Of a stretch of 60,295 nucleotides of DNA, positions 26,035 to 37,464 are shown piece after piece (the stretch's first letter is position 1; every line of letters begins with the position of its first letter). Origin of the DNA: Chloroflexota bacterium. GTDB taxonomy: Bacteria > Chloroflexota > Limnocylindria > Limnocylindrales > Limnocylindraceae. The stretch lies in contig JAPLHR010000020.1 in assembly GCA_026389535.1 (NCBI GenBank), forward strand, positions 1 to 60,295. Reading direction: 5' to 3'. The translations under genes and the position numbers were made by a program. The notes beneath the pieces are model-generated. The model was not told where the DNA came from, searched no databases, and saw nothing but the letters and a program-made list of their open reading frames with translations.

Positions 26035-26756
26035 GGTCGGACCGGAATCTGGTGGAAGAGCGCAGCATCAACGGCACCGCGTATGACGTGCACGAGCGCA
26101 GCGGGACGGAGGCCAAGTGAGGCTCGACCGATCGGTCCATCCAGCGTGAGTGAATCCAGCGATGCGCTCCGAGAGAGGACGGTGATCTTTGCGCCAGGGA
26201 CGAGCCCACGTGCCTCGAGGTAGCTGAGCAGTGCAGCGTCAGCCTCGGCCGCCTCGGTTACGCGATAGATCGTGGCCCCCTCGCCCGCCTCGAGCGCTGC
26301 GAGTGGCTCCCCCTTCGGCCGCCGCGCTTCGGTTGCCCGGTCGATCGGATTCCCGTGCGGACAGGTTTGCGGATGGCCAAGCATCTCCTCGAGGCGCGTC
26401 TCAAATTCGGGCGAGATCGACGAGTGCAGTCGTCGCGCCTCAACATCGGCCGCCGCCCACGGCATGCCGACGATCCCAGTTAGAAGCCACTCCAAAAGCG
26501 CGTGTCGGCGGAAGACGGCGTCGGCGGCGCTCTCGCCCGAGGCGGTGAGCTTCCAAAGCCGCGCATGCCCGCTGCACGGCGCGATCAGTCGATCATCGGC
26601 GAGTCGGCGGAACATCTCAGCGGCCGCCTGCTTGCTGACCTCGAGATCCTTCGCAACGAGTGACGGGGTGACCCCCTCATCGTCGCTGTGGCTGCGGAAG
26701 GCGAGCAGGTACTCCTGCGCCGCCGCCGTGATAGCTGCTCGACGTGTGGTTGCCAT
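26031..26756 (-). CDS. DtxR/IdeR/MntR-family metal-dependent regulator with a C-terminal FeoA/SH3-like domain
   Basis: AAQEYLLAF...LVAKDLEVSKQAAAEMFRRLADDRLI is the wHTH, followed by the metal-site region HPQTCPHGNPI and an SH3-like tail. It has an ATGA overlap with gltX. The start is the ATG at 26756 or the GTG at 26783. Confidence 0.75.
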   Translation of the reverse strand: MATTRRAAITAAAQEYLLAFRSHSDDEGVTPSLVAKDLEVSKQAAAEMFRRLADDRLIAPCSGHARLWKLTASGESAADAVFRRHALLEWLLTGIVGMPWAAADVEARRLHSSISPEFETRLEEMLGHPQTCPHGNPIDRATEARRPKGEPLAALEAGEGATIYRVTEAAEADAALLSYLEARGLVPGAKITVLSRSASLDSLTLDGPIGRASLGLRPAALVHVIRGAVDAALFHQIPVRP

Positions 26757-26766
26757 AGCCCTGATC

Positions 26767-27468
26767 CTACCTGCGACGCCCACTCAAGGTCGCAAACGCG
26801 AGGAGTGCAAAGAGGGCCGCAGCCGCGAGCAGGCGAAGTGAGCCGCTCACCAGCACCGCAATGAGAACGAGCGAGGCGGCGCCAACGGCGAGAGAGGTCG
26901 ATCGAGCCACGCCACGTGTCCCTGCTCTCTGAGGTCGCGCAACAGGTTGCGCTTGCGTGCGTTCGCGCGGCGTTCGCCGAACAGGTCGTTTTCCTCGGGC
27001 TCGATACTCGGGGCCATGCTTGCGGGGGTCGGCGTACTCGCGCGGATTCACCGTCCAGTACGTACCGGAGTCCGCACCAACCCAGGCGGCCCCATCCCAG
27101 ACCGGTTCCTCCTCCGTCGCTCCGTCATATGTCGTGGAGCCGGGACGTGCACTAGCTGTTGGTTGTGCACCAGACTTCGGCCGCGGCGGCTGCGCTGCAC
27201 GGCGAGTCGCCGGTGCTGGACGCGCTGGTGGCTGGCCTCGACCGGGTCCAACAAGTCGACCGGCTGCAATGGCGTCAGCGAGTGCAACGTCGTACGCCTC
27301 GGTGATCCGCGCAAACTGCAAAGTCGTCGCCTCACCACCCCCAATTGCATCAGGATGCGTTGACTTTGCTAATCGGCGGAAGGAAATCTTGACGGCGAGT
27401 GCAGAAGGCCGAGCAGGGAGACCAAGTACTCGCCACGCCTCTTCTACGCGCATTTTTGCTGCTGACAT
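26767..27468 (-). CDS. J-domain (DnaJ-like) protein with a Pro/Arg-rich linker and a C-terminal membrane anchor
   Basis: AWRVLGLPARPS...FRRLAKSTHPD carries the HPD motif. It is followed by a low-complexity region and then two hydrophobic helices at the C-terminus. Confidence 0.6.
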   Translation of the reverse strand: MSAAKMRVEEAWRVLGLPARPSALAVKISFRRLAKSTHPDAIGGGEATTLQFARITEAYDVALADAIAAGRLVGPGRGQPPARPAPATRRAAQPPRPKSGAQPTASARPGSTTYDGATEEEPVWDGAAWVGADSGTYWTVNPREYADPRKHGPEYRARGKRPVRRTPRERTQAQPVARPQRAGTRGVARSTSLAVGAASLVLIAVLVSGSLRLLAAAALFALLAFATLSGRRR

Positions 27469-27471
27469 GGC

Positions 27472-28494
27472 CTACGAAACCTTAAGCAGCGAAAGCGATG
27501 CTGCTGGAGATACCGTGGCGAGTGCTGCGCCGCCCCGCGGATCGGCAAGGTTCACGATGCGATGCGCCTCGAGCGATGAGGCTGCGGCGACGCTGGCACC
27601 GATCGCCGCAAGTACGGCAACCGTTGCGACGCGCCCGGAGCGCGCCGCGGCATCACCATCCTCGGTGCGCACCGCGATGCCGTAGCCCGGCAGGCCAACG
27701 AGGCAGAGCCCCTCAGCGCCTTGCTTCGCCACAACAACTCCGTCACCGCCACGAATGAGATCGGTATCAAGAGAGCCTGCCCCAGAGATGAGGCGCGGGT
27801 TCTTGACGGCGGCGGCGCGAACGCGCTCAAGCAGCGCGCGGTAGCGCTCTGGTACGAGTGGGTCGTGCGGGGTGGCCCAGCGCCGCGCCCCCTCAGCCGC
27901 CGCGCGAAGTGGAATCGCAGAGGTGGGGATAGCGCACCCATCCATCCCCCACGGAGCTGCGTGTAGGTCAACGCTGAGCAGCTCACCAACCACGGTGCGC
28001 AGCTCGCGCTGCACGGGGTGATCAAAGGCGTCGTACCCGATCGGATCGAATCCACGTGCCTTCGCCAGCAGCAGGAGTGAGAGGTGCTGCCCAGAGCACA
28101 TGTGCGCGAGCAGCTCACCGCTGCCACCACGCGAGCTCTGCGGACGGCCATGTACGAGGTGTGCTGGGTTCAAACCGAAGGCCTCGACCATGCGCTGCGC
28201 CACCGCCGTATGCTCGTCCGCTCCCGCATGGCTCGCCGAGGCGAGTGCGATCATCTCGTCGTCGAGCGTAAGGCCAGCCTCGTCGGCGGCAGCCAACACC
28301 GCCACTGCGGTGAAGGGTTTTACCGCGCTCCGCAACGAGATCAGTCGATCTGGCTCACCGACGCTTGCGGCCAGGCGGCCGCCATCGGCCAGCACCGCCA
28401 CGTCACCACGATGTGCCACCTCGGTGATCTGGCCACGCTGCACCACCGTAATCACCGGTGGTGCCATGCCCTCGCCGACGCGAGCATCGCTCAT
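27472..28494 (-). CDS. Asparaginase II-family (PF06089-like) protein
   Basis: VVQRGQITEVAHRGDVAVLADGG...GEPDRLISLRSAVKPFTA resembles the L-asparaginase II family N-terminus. This assignment is by eye only. Confidence 0.5.
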   Translation of the reverse strand: MSDARVGEGMAPPVITVVQRGQITEVAHRGDVAVLADGGRLAASVGEPDRLISLRSAVKPFTAVAVLAAADEAGLTLDDEMIALASASHAGADEHTAVAQRMVEAFGLNPAHLVHGRPQSSRGGSGELLAHMCSGQHLSLLLLAKARGFDPIGYDAFDHPVQRELRTVVGELLSVDLHAAPWGMDGCAIPTSAIPLRAAAEGARRWATPHDPLVPERYRALLERVRAAAVKNPRLISGAGSLDTDLIRGGDGVVVAKQGAEGLCLVGLPGYGIAVRTEDGDAAARSGRVATVAVLAAIGASVAAASSLEAHRIVNLADPRGGAALATVSPAASLSLLKVS

Positions 28495-29828
28495 GCCAGC
28501 CCGAGGGCCTTGTCAACCTCTGTCAGGCCGCGGTCGATCACATCAAACGCAAAGTCAAGCTCCTCGTTCGTGATGATGAGCGGTGGATTCGTGAAGAATC
28601 CATTCCATCGCACGATCGTATAGAGACCGTTCTTCCGGAAGAGCGCTCCGAGCGCCGCCATCTCTGGTGCGCTCGTATTGAACGCCGCGATCGGCTCTTG
28701 CGTCTTCGGATCGCGCACAAGTTCAATAATTCCGAACAAGCCAATATTGCGAATCGGTCCAACGCAGGGGTGCTTCGCCTTCATCCGCTCGTGATGCGCG
28801 CGGAGCGTCTTCCCCATCGTTGCGGCGCGGGTGATCAGGTCGTCCTCCTCGTAGACCTCAATGGTGGCGAGTGCGGTCGCGCAGGCGAGCGGATGGCTGT
28901 TGTAGGTCAGCCCACCACCGAACACCTTCTCGGCGAAGTGATCGGCGATCGGTCGTCGCATGCCAAGTGCACCGAGTGCCACATAGGCGCTGGTCAAACC
29001 CTTCGCCATGGTGATCATGTCGGGCACGACGCCTGAGTGGTCAATGGCGAACCACTTCCCCGTTCGGCCGAATCCGGCCATCACCTCGTCGGCAATCAGC
29101 AGAATGCCGTGGCGGTCACAGATGTCACGCAGGCCCTGCATATAGCCATCGGGCGGAATGAGGATGCCGTTGGTGCCCACAACCGGCTCGACAATAATCG
29201 CGGCGACGGTCTGTGGACCTTCGAAGCGAATGATCTTCTCGGTCTCCGCAAGTACATCAGCAGCGGGGCGTGGCTCTGCAGCGCCGAATTCGTGGAAGTC
29301 TGGGATGCGGAAGATGCCAGGCATGCCGGGCTCCGCGAACCATCGACGCGGGTCACCTGTTGCGCTGAGCGCTCCAGAGGTTCCGCCGTGATACGAGCGA
29401 TAGCGTGCGGCGATCTTGTGACGACCTGTGTAGAGGCGCGCGATGCGGAAGGCGTTCTCGACCGCTTCGGCGCCGCCGTTGGTGAAGAAGAAGGCGTCGA
29501 TATCGCCAGGGCAGATCTCGGCGAGCTTCGCGCCGAGTCGGGCGCGTGGCTCCGTTGCCATAAATGGGTTCGCGTAGGCCAGGGTGGCCGCCTGATCTGT
29601 GATGGCCTTCAGCACACGCTCATCACCGTGGCCGACGTTGGTGCACATCAACTGGCTGTTGAAGTCGAGGAACTTCTCCTCTTCGGGGGTCCAGAACCAG
29701 GAGCCCTTCGCGCGGGCAATTGGAATAGGGTTCGCTGCAGCCTGCGCAGACCATTCGGTCATGGTGTGGCGCTTCGAGAGGGCGACCATCTCTGGCCCGC
29801 TCATTGGGGTTCTCTTGGCTGCGCTCAT
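28491..29828 (-). CDS. Class-III (omega) aminotransferase, beta-alanine/taurine:pyruvate type
   Basis: NVGHGDERV, YHGGT, LLIADEVMAGFGRTGKWF and MAKGLTS (PLP lysine) are present. I chose the ATG at 29828 because of a strong GGGAGGGA SD; the track start is 29870. Confidence 0.8.
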   Translation of the reverse strand: MSAAKRTPMSGPEMVALSKRHTMTEWSAQAAANPIPIARAKGSWFWTPEEEKFLDFNSQLMCTNVGHGDERVLKAITDQAATLAYANPFMATEPRARLGAKLAEICPGDIDAFFFTNGGAEAVENAFRIARLYTGRHKIAARYRSYHGGTSGALSATGDPRRWFAEPGMPGIFRIPDFHEFGAAEPRPAADVLAETEKIIRFEGPQTVAAIIVEPVVGTNGILIPPDGYMQGLRDICDRHGILLIADEVMAGFGRTGKWFAIDHSGVVPDMITMAKGLTSAYVALGALGMRRPIADHFAEKVFGGGLTYNSHPLACATALATIEVYEEDDLITRAATMGKTLRAHHERMKAKHPCVGPIRNIGLFGIIELVRDPKTQEPIAAFNTSAPEMAALGALFRKNGLYTIVRWNGFFTNPPLIITNEELDFAFDVIDRGLTEVDKALGLA

Positions 29829-29945
29829 GGTCCCTCCCGCCGGTAAGGCGCAGGCGCGCCTTCGTGCCACTCAGGATACCCCCCTTCTGGAGATGCGTGG
29901 CGCGAGACAATCACGCCGTGGGCTGCGCTCGGGGCGCGGAACGGC

Positions 29946-29951
29946 GAGAAT
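29946..29951 (+). promoter_or_regulatory. Candidate -10-like box (GAGAAT) for leaderless mmsA
   Basis: GAGAAT is followed by 6 nt and then the ATG at 29958, with no SD. The first base is non-consensus. Confidence 0.3.
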
Positions 29952-29957
29952 CTCGCC

Positions 29958-33148
<3,191 letters not shown>

Positions 33149-34294
33149 TTAGATGTTGACCCCGATGAGCGATCCAACGGCGTAGGTGATGGCTGCCGCT
33201 GCGGCGCCGATGGCGAGCTGGCGTGACCCTGTATAGATTGCAGACTTGCCGGTCAACAGGCTCACCGCGGCGCCAACACCGAAGAGCGCGGCCGCTGTCA
33301 AGGCGATGCTGATCAAGAGTGCGGTGGACCCGTTCAGCAGGATGAACGGCAAGAGTGGCACGAATGCGCCAATCGCAAAGGCGACAAACGAGCCGATTGC
33401 GGCGCCCCATGGAGATCCGAGCTGCTCTGGGTCAAGGCCGAGCTCTTCGCGGACGAGCGTCTCAAGTGCAATCTTCGGATCGGCCATAAGTCGTTTGGCG
33501 ATTAACTTCGCCTCGTCATCGGGGAAGCCACGCGACTGATAGATCGCTGCGATCTCGGCCTCCTCCTCTTCGGGCATCGCCTCAAGCTCTGCGCGCTCCA
33601 GTTCGATCTGGCGCTCAAGGAGCTCAGTCTGACTGCGCATCGACACGTACTCGCCCGCCCCCATGCTGAACGCACCGGCAAGGAGGCCTGCGACACCAGC
33701 AAGCACCACGAAGCCACCCTGGCCACTGGCCGTGGTCGCTCCCGCAATACCCATCACCAAGGCGGCGTTAGAGACGAGGCCGTCGGAGACGCCGAAGATG
33801 GTTGCTCGCAGCGTGCCGCTGTTGCCGACGCGGTGCCACGTCTCGCGGGCCTTCGTCTCAGCGAGCCCAGCGCGATATGTACCCTCGCTCTTTCCAGCAT
33901 CAAGTTCACGCCAGATGTCGGCGTGCTTCGCCTCATCGGCGGCAATATCGGTGACCTCTGCAACGTCGCTGTGGGCGCCGTAGATCTCCTCTTCGTACCC
34001 TTCGAGCGCCTTGACCATCTCGCTCACGGCGGGGGTGCCGAAGAGGCGAGCGAGGAGCGTGATCTGGCGCACGCGCCAACTTGGGCGCTTGCTGGCAGGC
34101 ACCTGCTCGCCCAGGCTGAGGAGCTTCGCCTCCCAGATGGCGGCGTGGCGGCGCTCACTTGTGGCGATGCGCTCAAAGGCGCTGCGGCGTGCGGGGTTCT
34201 TCTCAATCTTGGCGAGGGCGTCGTACAAGAAGATTGCGTCGCGCTCTAAGGCGAGGCCAGCGATGCTTGCGGCGCGATCCTTGATCTCTTGCAT
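33149..34294 (-). CDS. Ferritin-like (rubrerythrin-type) domain fused to a VIT1/CCC1 iron/manganese transporter domain
   Basis: The N-terminal four-helix region shows E..H pairs (SERRHAAIWE, ADEAKHADIW). The C-terminal VIT1 block shows FGVSDGLVSN...GEYVSM plus 5 TM helices. I chose the ATG at 34294 because of an AAGAGGGGAG SD. Confidence 0.75.
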   Translation of the reverse strand: MQEIKDRAASIAGLALERDAIFLYDALAKIEKNPARRSAFERIATSERRHAAIWEAKLLSLGEQVPASKRPSWRVRQITLLARLFGTPAVSEMVKALEGYEEEIYGAHSDVAEVTDIAADEAKHADIWRELDAGKSEGTYRAGLAETKARETWHRVGNSGTLRATIFGVSDGLVSNAALVMGIAGATTASGQGGFVVLAGVAGLLAGAFSMGAGEYVSMRSQTELLERQIELERAELEAMPEEEEAEIAAIYQSRGFPDDEAKLIAKRLMADPKIALETLVREELGLDPEQLGSPWGAAIGSFVAFAIGAFVPLLPFILLNGSTALLISIALTAAALFGVGAAVSLLTGKSAIYTGSRQLAIGAAAAAITYAVGSLIGVNI

Positions 34295-34354
34295 TGGGGC
34301 TCCCCTCTTGCGCATTTGGTGCGCGTCGCCCCCATCGTAGCGCGCTGCGCAGGG

Positions 34355-34678
34355 CTAGGTCTGAAGCACCACCCACCCCTGATCGTCGACGCTCACCACG
34401 TGAACCCCGAGCGGAATCTCGGCCGGTGGATCGAGCGGCTCCCCGCTCTCTAGGTCAAATCGCGAGAGGTGCAGGGGGCAGGTCACGGTGGGTCGGTCAA
34501 CGGTGGCTGGCGAGAGAAAGCCGCGATCAAGCTCGCAATACTCGTGGGTGCAAACGCCGTCAACCGCTAGCAGCTTGCCGCCGCGATTCACCACTAGGAT
34601 AGCCGCGCCACCTGGCCACGCAAGGCGCATCGTGCCGTCAGGAAGTTCTACTGCGGGGAAGAGGCGCTCTGCTGGCAT
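34355..34678 (-). CDS. Rieske [2Fe-2S] ferredoxin-like protein
   Basis: CTHEYC...CPLHLSRF provides the CxH...CxxH Rieske ligands in a 107-aa protein directly after sufD. Confidence 0.75.
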   Translation of the reverse strand: MPAERLFPAVELPDGTMRLAWPGGAAILVVNRGGKLLAVDGVCTHEYCELDRGFLSPATVDRPTVTCPLHLSRFDLESGEPLDPPAEIPLGVHVVSVDDQGWVVLQT

Positions 34679-34687
34679 CTGCGCCAG

Positions 34688-35989
34688 TTAAGAGGCGAGC
34701 GCCGCGGGCTGCTTCGCCAGCGCGGCATCGAGCTTCGCAGCAAGCACCTCGCGCAGGCGCTCAGCGTCGGCATCGAGCGGGAGTGCAGCGACAACGGGCT
34801 CGAGGAATCCCATCACGATGATCCGGCGCGCTTCGGCATCGGTCAGCCCGCGCGAGCGGAGGTAGAAGATCTGGGCGGGATCGATTGGCCCAACGGAGCT
34901 CCCGTGCGCCGCGCGCTCGCAGTCCGGCTGGTCAATCCAGAGTGATGGGATCGCCACGCTGCGCGCCGTCTTCGAGAGGAGCATGCCGAACTCACCGAGG
35001 TACGAGTTGGTGCCACGTCCGCTGCGTGGAATCGTCGTGACCCCCTTGATGTAGCCGCGCGCGTTTCCAGCAAACACACCCTTCGCCAACAGATCGCCAA
35101 CCGTCTTCTGACCGGAGTGCAGGCTATAGGTGGTGAGGTCGTGAATCTGATCGCTGGCGCCGAAGACCACCTCGACCTGGCGAACGCCAGATCCATCGCC
35201 CGAAAGCAGGTGATCGATGCGCCCGCGCACCAGCCGTGCGCCGACCTGCGCAACGGTGAGCTGCAACTGCGCCTTCTCGCCAAAGGTATGGCGGCGGACC
35301 GTCACATAGGCGCGGTCTTCAGGGAGGTCTTGAATGGATGAGAGCGCCAACGATGCGCGCGCGCCGAGCGTGATCTCACTACTGATCGCCAAGAGCGAGG
35401 TGGCGGCGCCGGGCACGGCGGCACTGCCGCTGATCTCTTCCACGATCGATGCCTGTGCGCCGTCGCCAAGGTTCACGGCGATGCGGGCAAGGAGCGACGA
35501 GCCAGCCTCTGGAGCAACAACGCGGATCACGATCGGCGCGGCCAGTCGACCAGCGCCGAGGGTGATTGAGACGCCAGCGTTCCAGAGTGCGGCGACGAGC
35601 GCAGCGGTGCGATCCTCGGTTGCGCCACCCATCGGTGTGGATGGACTGAGCGGCGTGGCACTCAAGCCGGCGGCGATGGCCTCCGCACCAAGGTAGGCGC
35701 CGACACCTGCGCTCGAAATCTCAATCAGTGCAGCGGCGCCCTCTGGCAGCGCAGTGGCGGGAAGGGGGCGAATCTCTTGTGGGAGCGGGGCGGGCGCGGC
35801 GCGCTCTACCTCTGCCGCTCGCAGGTCGACGTATCCGGTGAAGAGCAGGTTTGACTCCGTTGGCAGGGCGTGAAACGCGGCGAGTGCCACCGTGCGCTCA
35901 GCTAAGCCGGCGCCCCCTGGGCTGAGCGTGGTGATCATGTCGGTTGTCGCCCACTCGAGGGGGAGATCAGCGAGAGCGCGACGGGTCAC
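34688..35989 (-). CDS. sufD: Fe-S cluster assembly protein SufD
   Basis: It has the C-terminal SufBD beta-helix signature (RSVAIPSLWIDQPDCERAAHGSSVGPIDPAQIFYLRSRGL). It has a 4-nt overlap with sufB. Confidence 0.85.
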   Translation of the reverse strand: MTRRALADLPLEWATTDMITTLSPGGAGLAERTVALAAFHALPTESNLLFTGYVDLRAAEVERAAPAPLPQEIRPLPATALPEGAAALIEISSAGVGAYLGAEAIAAGLSATPLSPSTPMGGATEDRTAALVAALWNAGVSITLGAGRLAAPIVIRVVAPEAGSSLLARIAVNLGDGAQASIVEEISGSAAVPGAATSLLAISSEITLGARASLALSSIQDLPEDRAYVTVRRHTFGEKAQLQLTVAQVGARLVRGRIDHLLSGDGSGVRQVEVVFGASDQIHDLTTYSLHSGQKTVGDLLAKGVFAGNARGYIKGVTTIPRSGRGTNSYLGEFGMLLSKTARSVAIPSLWIDQPDCERAAHGSSVGPIDPAQIFYLRSRGLTDAEARRIIVMGFLEPVVAALPLDADAERLREVLAAKLDAALAKQPAALAS

Positions 35990-37389
35990 CCGAGGGCCCC
36001 CTCCATCTCGAGTCGAATCAGGCGATTGAACTCAAGGGCGTACTCCATCGGCAACTCCTTGGTGAAGACCTCAAGGAAGCCCTGCACGATCAGATTCGTT
36101 GCCTCGTTCTCCGTCATCCCACGGCTCATCAGATAGAAGATCTGATCATCGGAGACGCGCCCGACCGTCGCCTCGTGGCTCATCGAGGTGTCGTCCTCTT
36201 GAATATCGATGTACGGATATGTTTCGGAGCGGCTCCCCTCATCGAGGATCAGCGCATCGCAACGCACGCTCGTGGTGACACCGGTTGCACCAGGCGCCAC
36301 GCGAACCGTGCCGCGGTAGGTTGCCACGCCGCCATCCTTGCAGACCGACTTGCCAACAATTCGACTCGTCGTATTGGCCGCAAGGTGTATCGCCTTTGCG
36401 CCGGTGTCTTGACGCTGACCCTTTGAGGCGACAGCGACAGAGACGATTTCGGCGTGCGCCTTCTCGCCAAGCAGGTAGATGCCTGGGTACTTCATGGTGA
36501 GCTGTGCGCCCGTGTTGGCGTCGATCCACTCAACGGTTGCACCAGCGTGCGCGTGCGCCCGCTTCGTCACCAGGTTGTAGACATCGTTCGACCAGTTCTG
36601 AATCGTGGTGTAGCGCACCTTGGCACCCGGAAGTGCAATCACCTCGACGACGGCGACATGCAGTGAGTCGGTTGCCCAGTTTGGCGCGGTGCAACCCTCG
36701 ATGTAGTGCAAGCTTGCGCCCTCATCTACAACGATTAGGGTGCGCTCGAACTGCCCGGTGTTCTGTCCGTTGATGCGGAAGTAGGCCTGCAGTGGGAGTG
36801 GCACCTCGACGCCCTTTGGCACATAGACGAACGAGCCCCCCGACCAGACAGCCGAATTGAGGGCGGCAAACTTGTTGTCCTCGGCTGGAATAACGGTGCC
36901 GAAGTACTTCTTGAAGATCTCTGGGTACTCCTTCATTCCCTGGTCGGTACCCATGAAGACGACGCCGAGCTTCTGCAGGTCTTCGCGCACGGAGTGGTAG
37001 ACGACTTCCGAGTCGTACTGCGCGCCAACGCCCGAGAGGAACTTGCGCTCCGCCTCTGGGATGCCGAGTCGCTCGAAGGTCTTCTTGATTTGGTCGGGAA
37101 CGTCGTCCCACGACTTCTCTTCGCGCTCGGATGGCTTGCGGTAGTAGACGATCTTCGAGAAGTCGAGCTTCGTGAGGTCGCCACCCCACATCGGCATCGC
37201 ACGGGCCTCAAAGTGCTTGTAGGCGCGGAGGCGATACTCCAGCATCCAGGCTGGCTCGTCCTTCGTCTCGGAGATCTCCCGAACCGTGGCCTCGGTCAGG
37301 CCGGCCTTCGTCTCGCGCAGGTAGGTGATGTCGTCGTGAAAGGCGTACTGCTCCCGTTCGTCGCGAACCGTCTCCTTAGCGACTGTCAT
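35986..37389 (-). CDS. sufB: Fe-S cluster assembly protein SufB
   Basis: The sequence is highly conserved (WMLEYRLRAYKHF, TIQNWSNDVYNLVTKRA, CDALILD, SHEATVGRVSDDQIFYLMSRG). GGAAGAGGAGG lies upstream. Confidence 0.93.
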   Translation of the reverse strand: MTVAKETVRDEREQYAFHDDITYLRETKAGLTEATVREISETKDEPAWMLEYRLRAYKHFEARAMPMWGGDLTKLDFSKIVYYRKPSEREEKSWDDVPDQIKKTFERLGIPEAERKFLSGVGAQYDSEVVYHSVREDLQKLGVVFMGTDQGMKEYPEIFKKYFGTVIPAEDNKFAALNSAVWSGGSFVYVPKGVEVPLPLQAYFRINGQNTGQFERTLIVVDEGASLHYIEGCTAPNWATDSLHVAVVEVIALPGAKVRYTTIQNWSNDVYNLVTKRAHAHAGATVEWIDANTGAQLTMKYPGIYLLGEKAHAEIVSVAVASKGQRQDTGAKAIHLAANTTSRIVGKSVCKDGGVATYRGTVRVAPGATGVTTSVRCDALILDEGSRSETYPYIDIQEDDTSMSHEATVGRVSDDQIFYLMSRGMTENEATNLIVQGFLEVFTKELPMEYALEFNRLIRLEMEGALG

Positions 37390-37423
37390 GGAGCCTCCTC
37401 TTCCCTGCTGGACTCTGCGGGGT

Positions 37424-37448
37424 AATCCCGACTGATTCTATCAGGATT
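37424..37448. promoter_or_regulatory. Composite palindrome in the sufB upstream region
   Basis: AATCC-cga-CTGAT-tct-ATCAG-GATT has a perfect 5-3-5 core at 37432-37444. It lies 35-59 nt upstream of the sufB ATG and just after the RND gene stop. It could be an operator or a terminator. Confidence 0.25.
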
Positions 37449-37464
37449 GGCTCGGGACCCCTAT

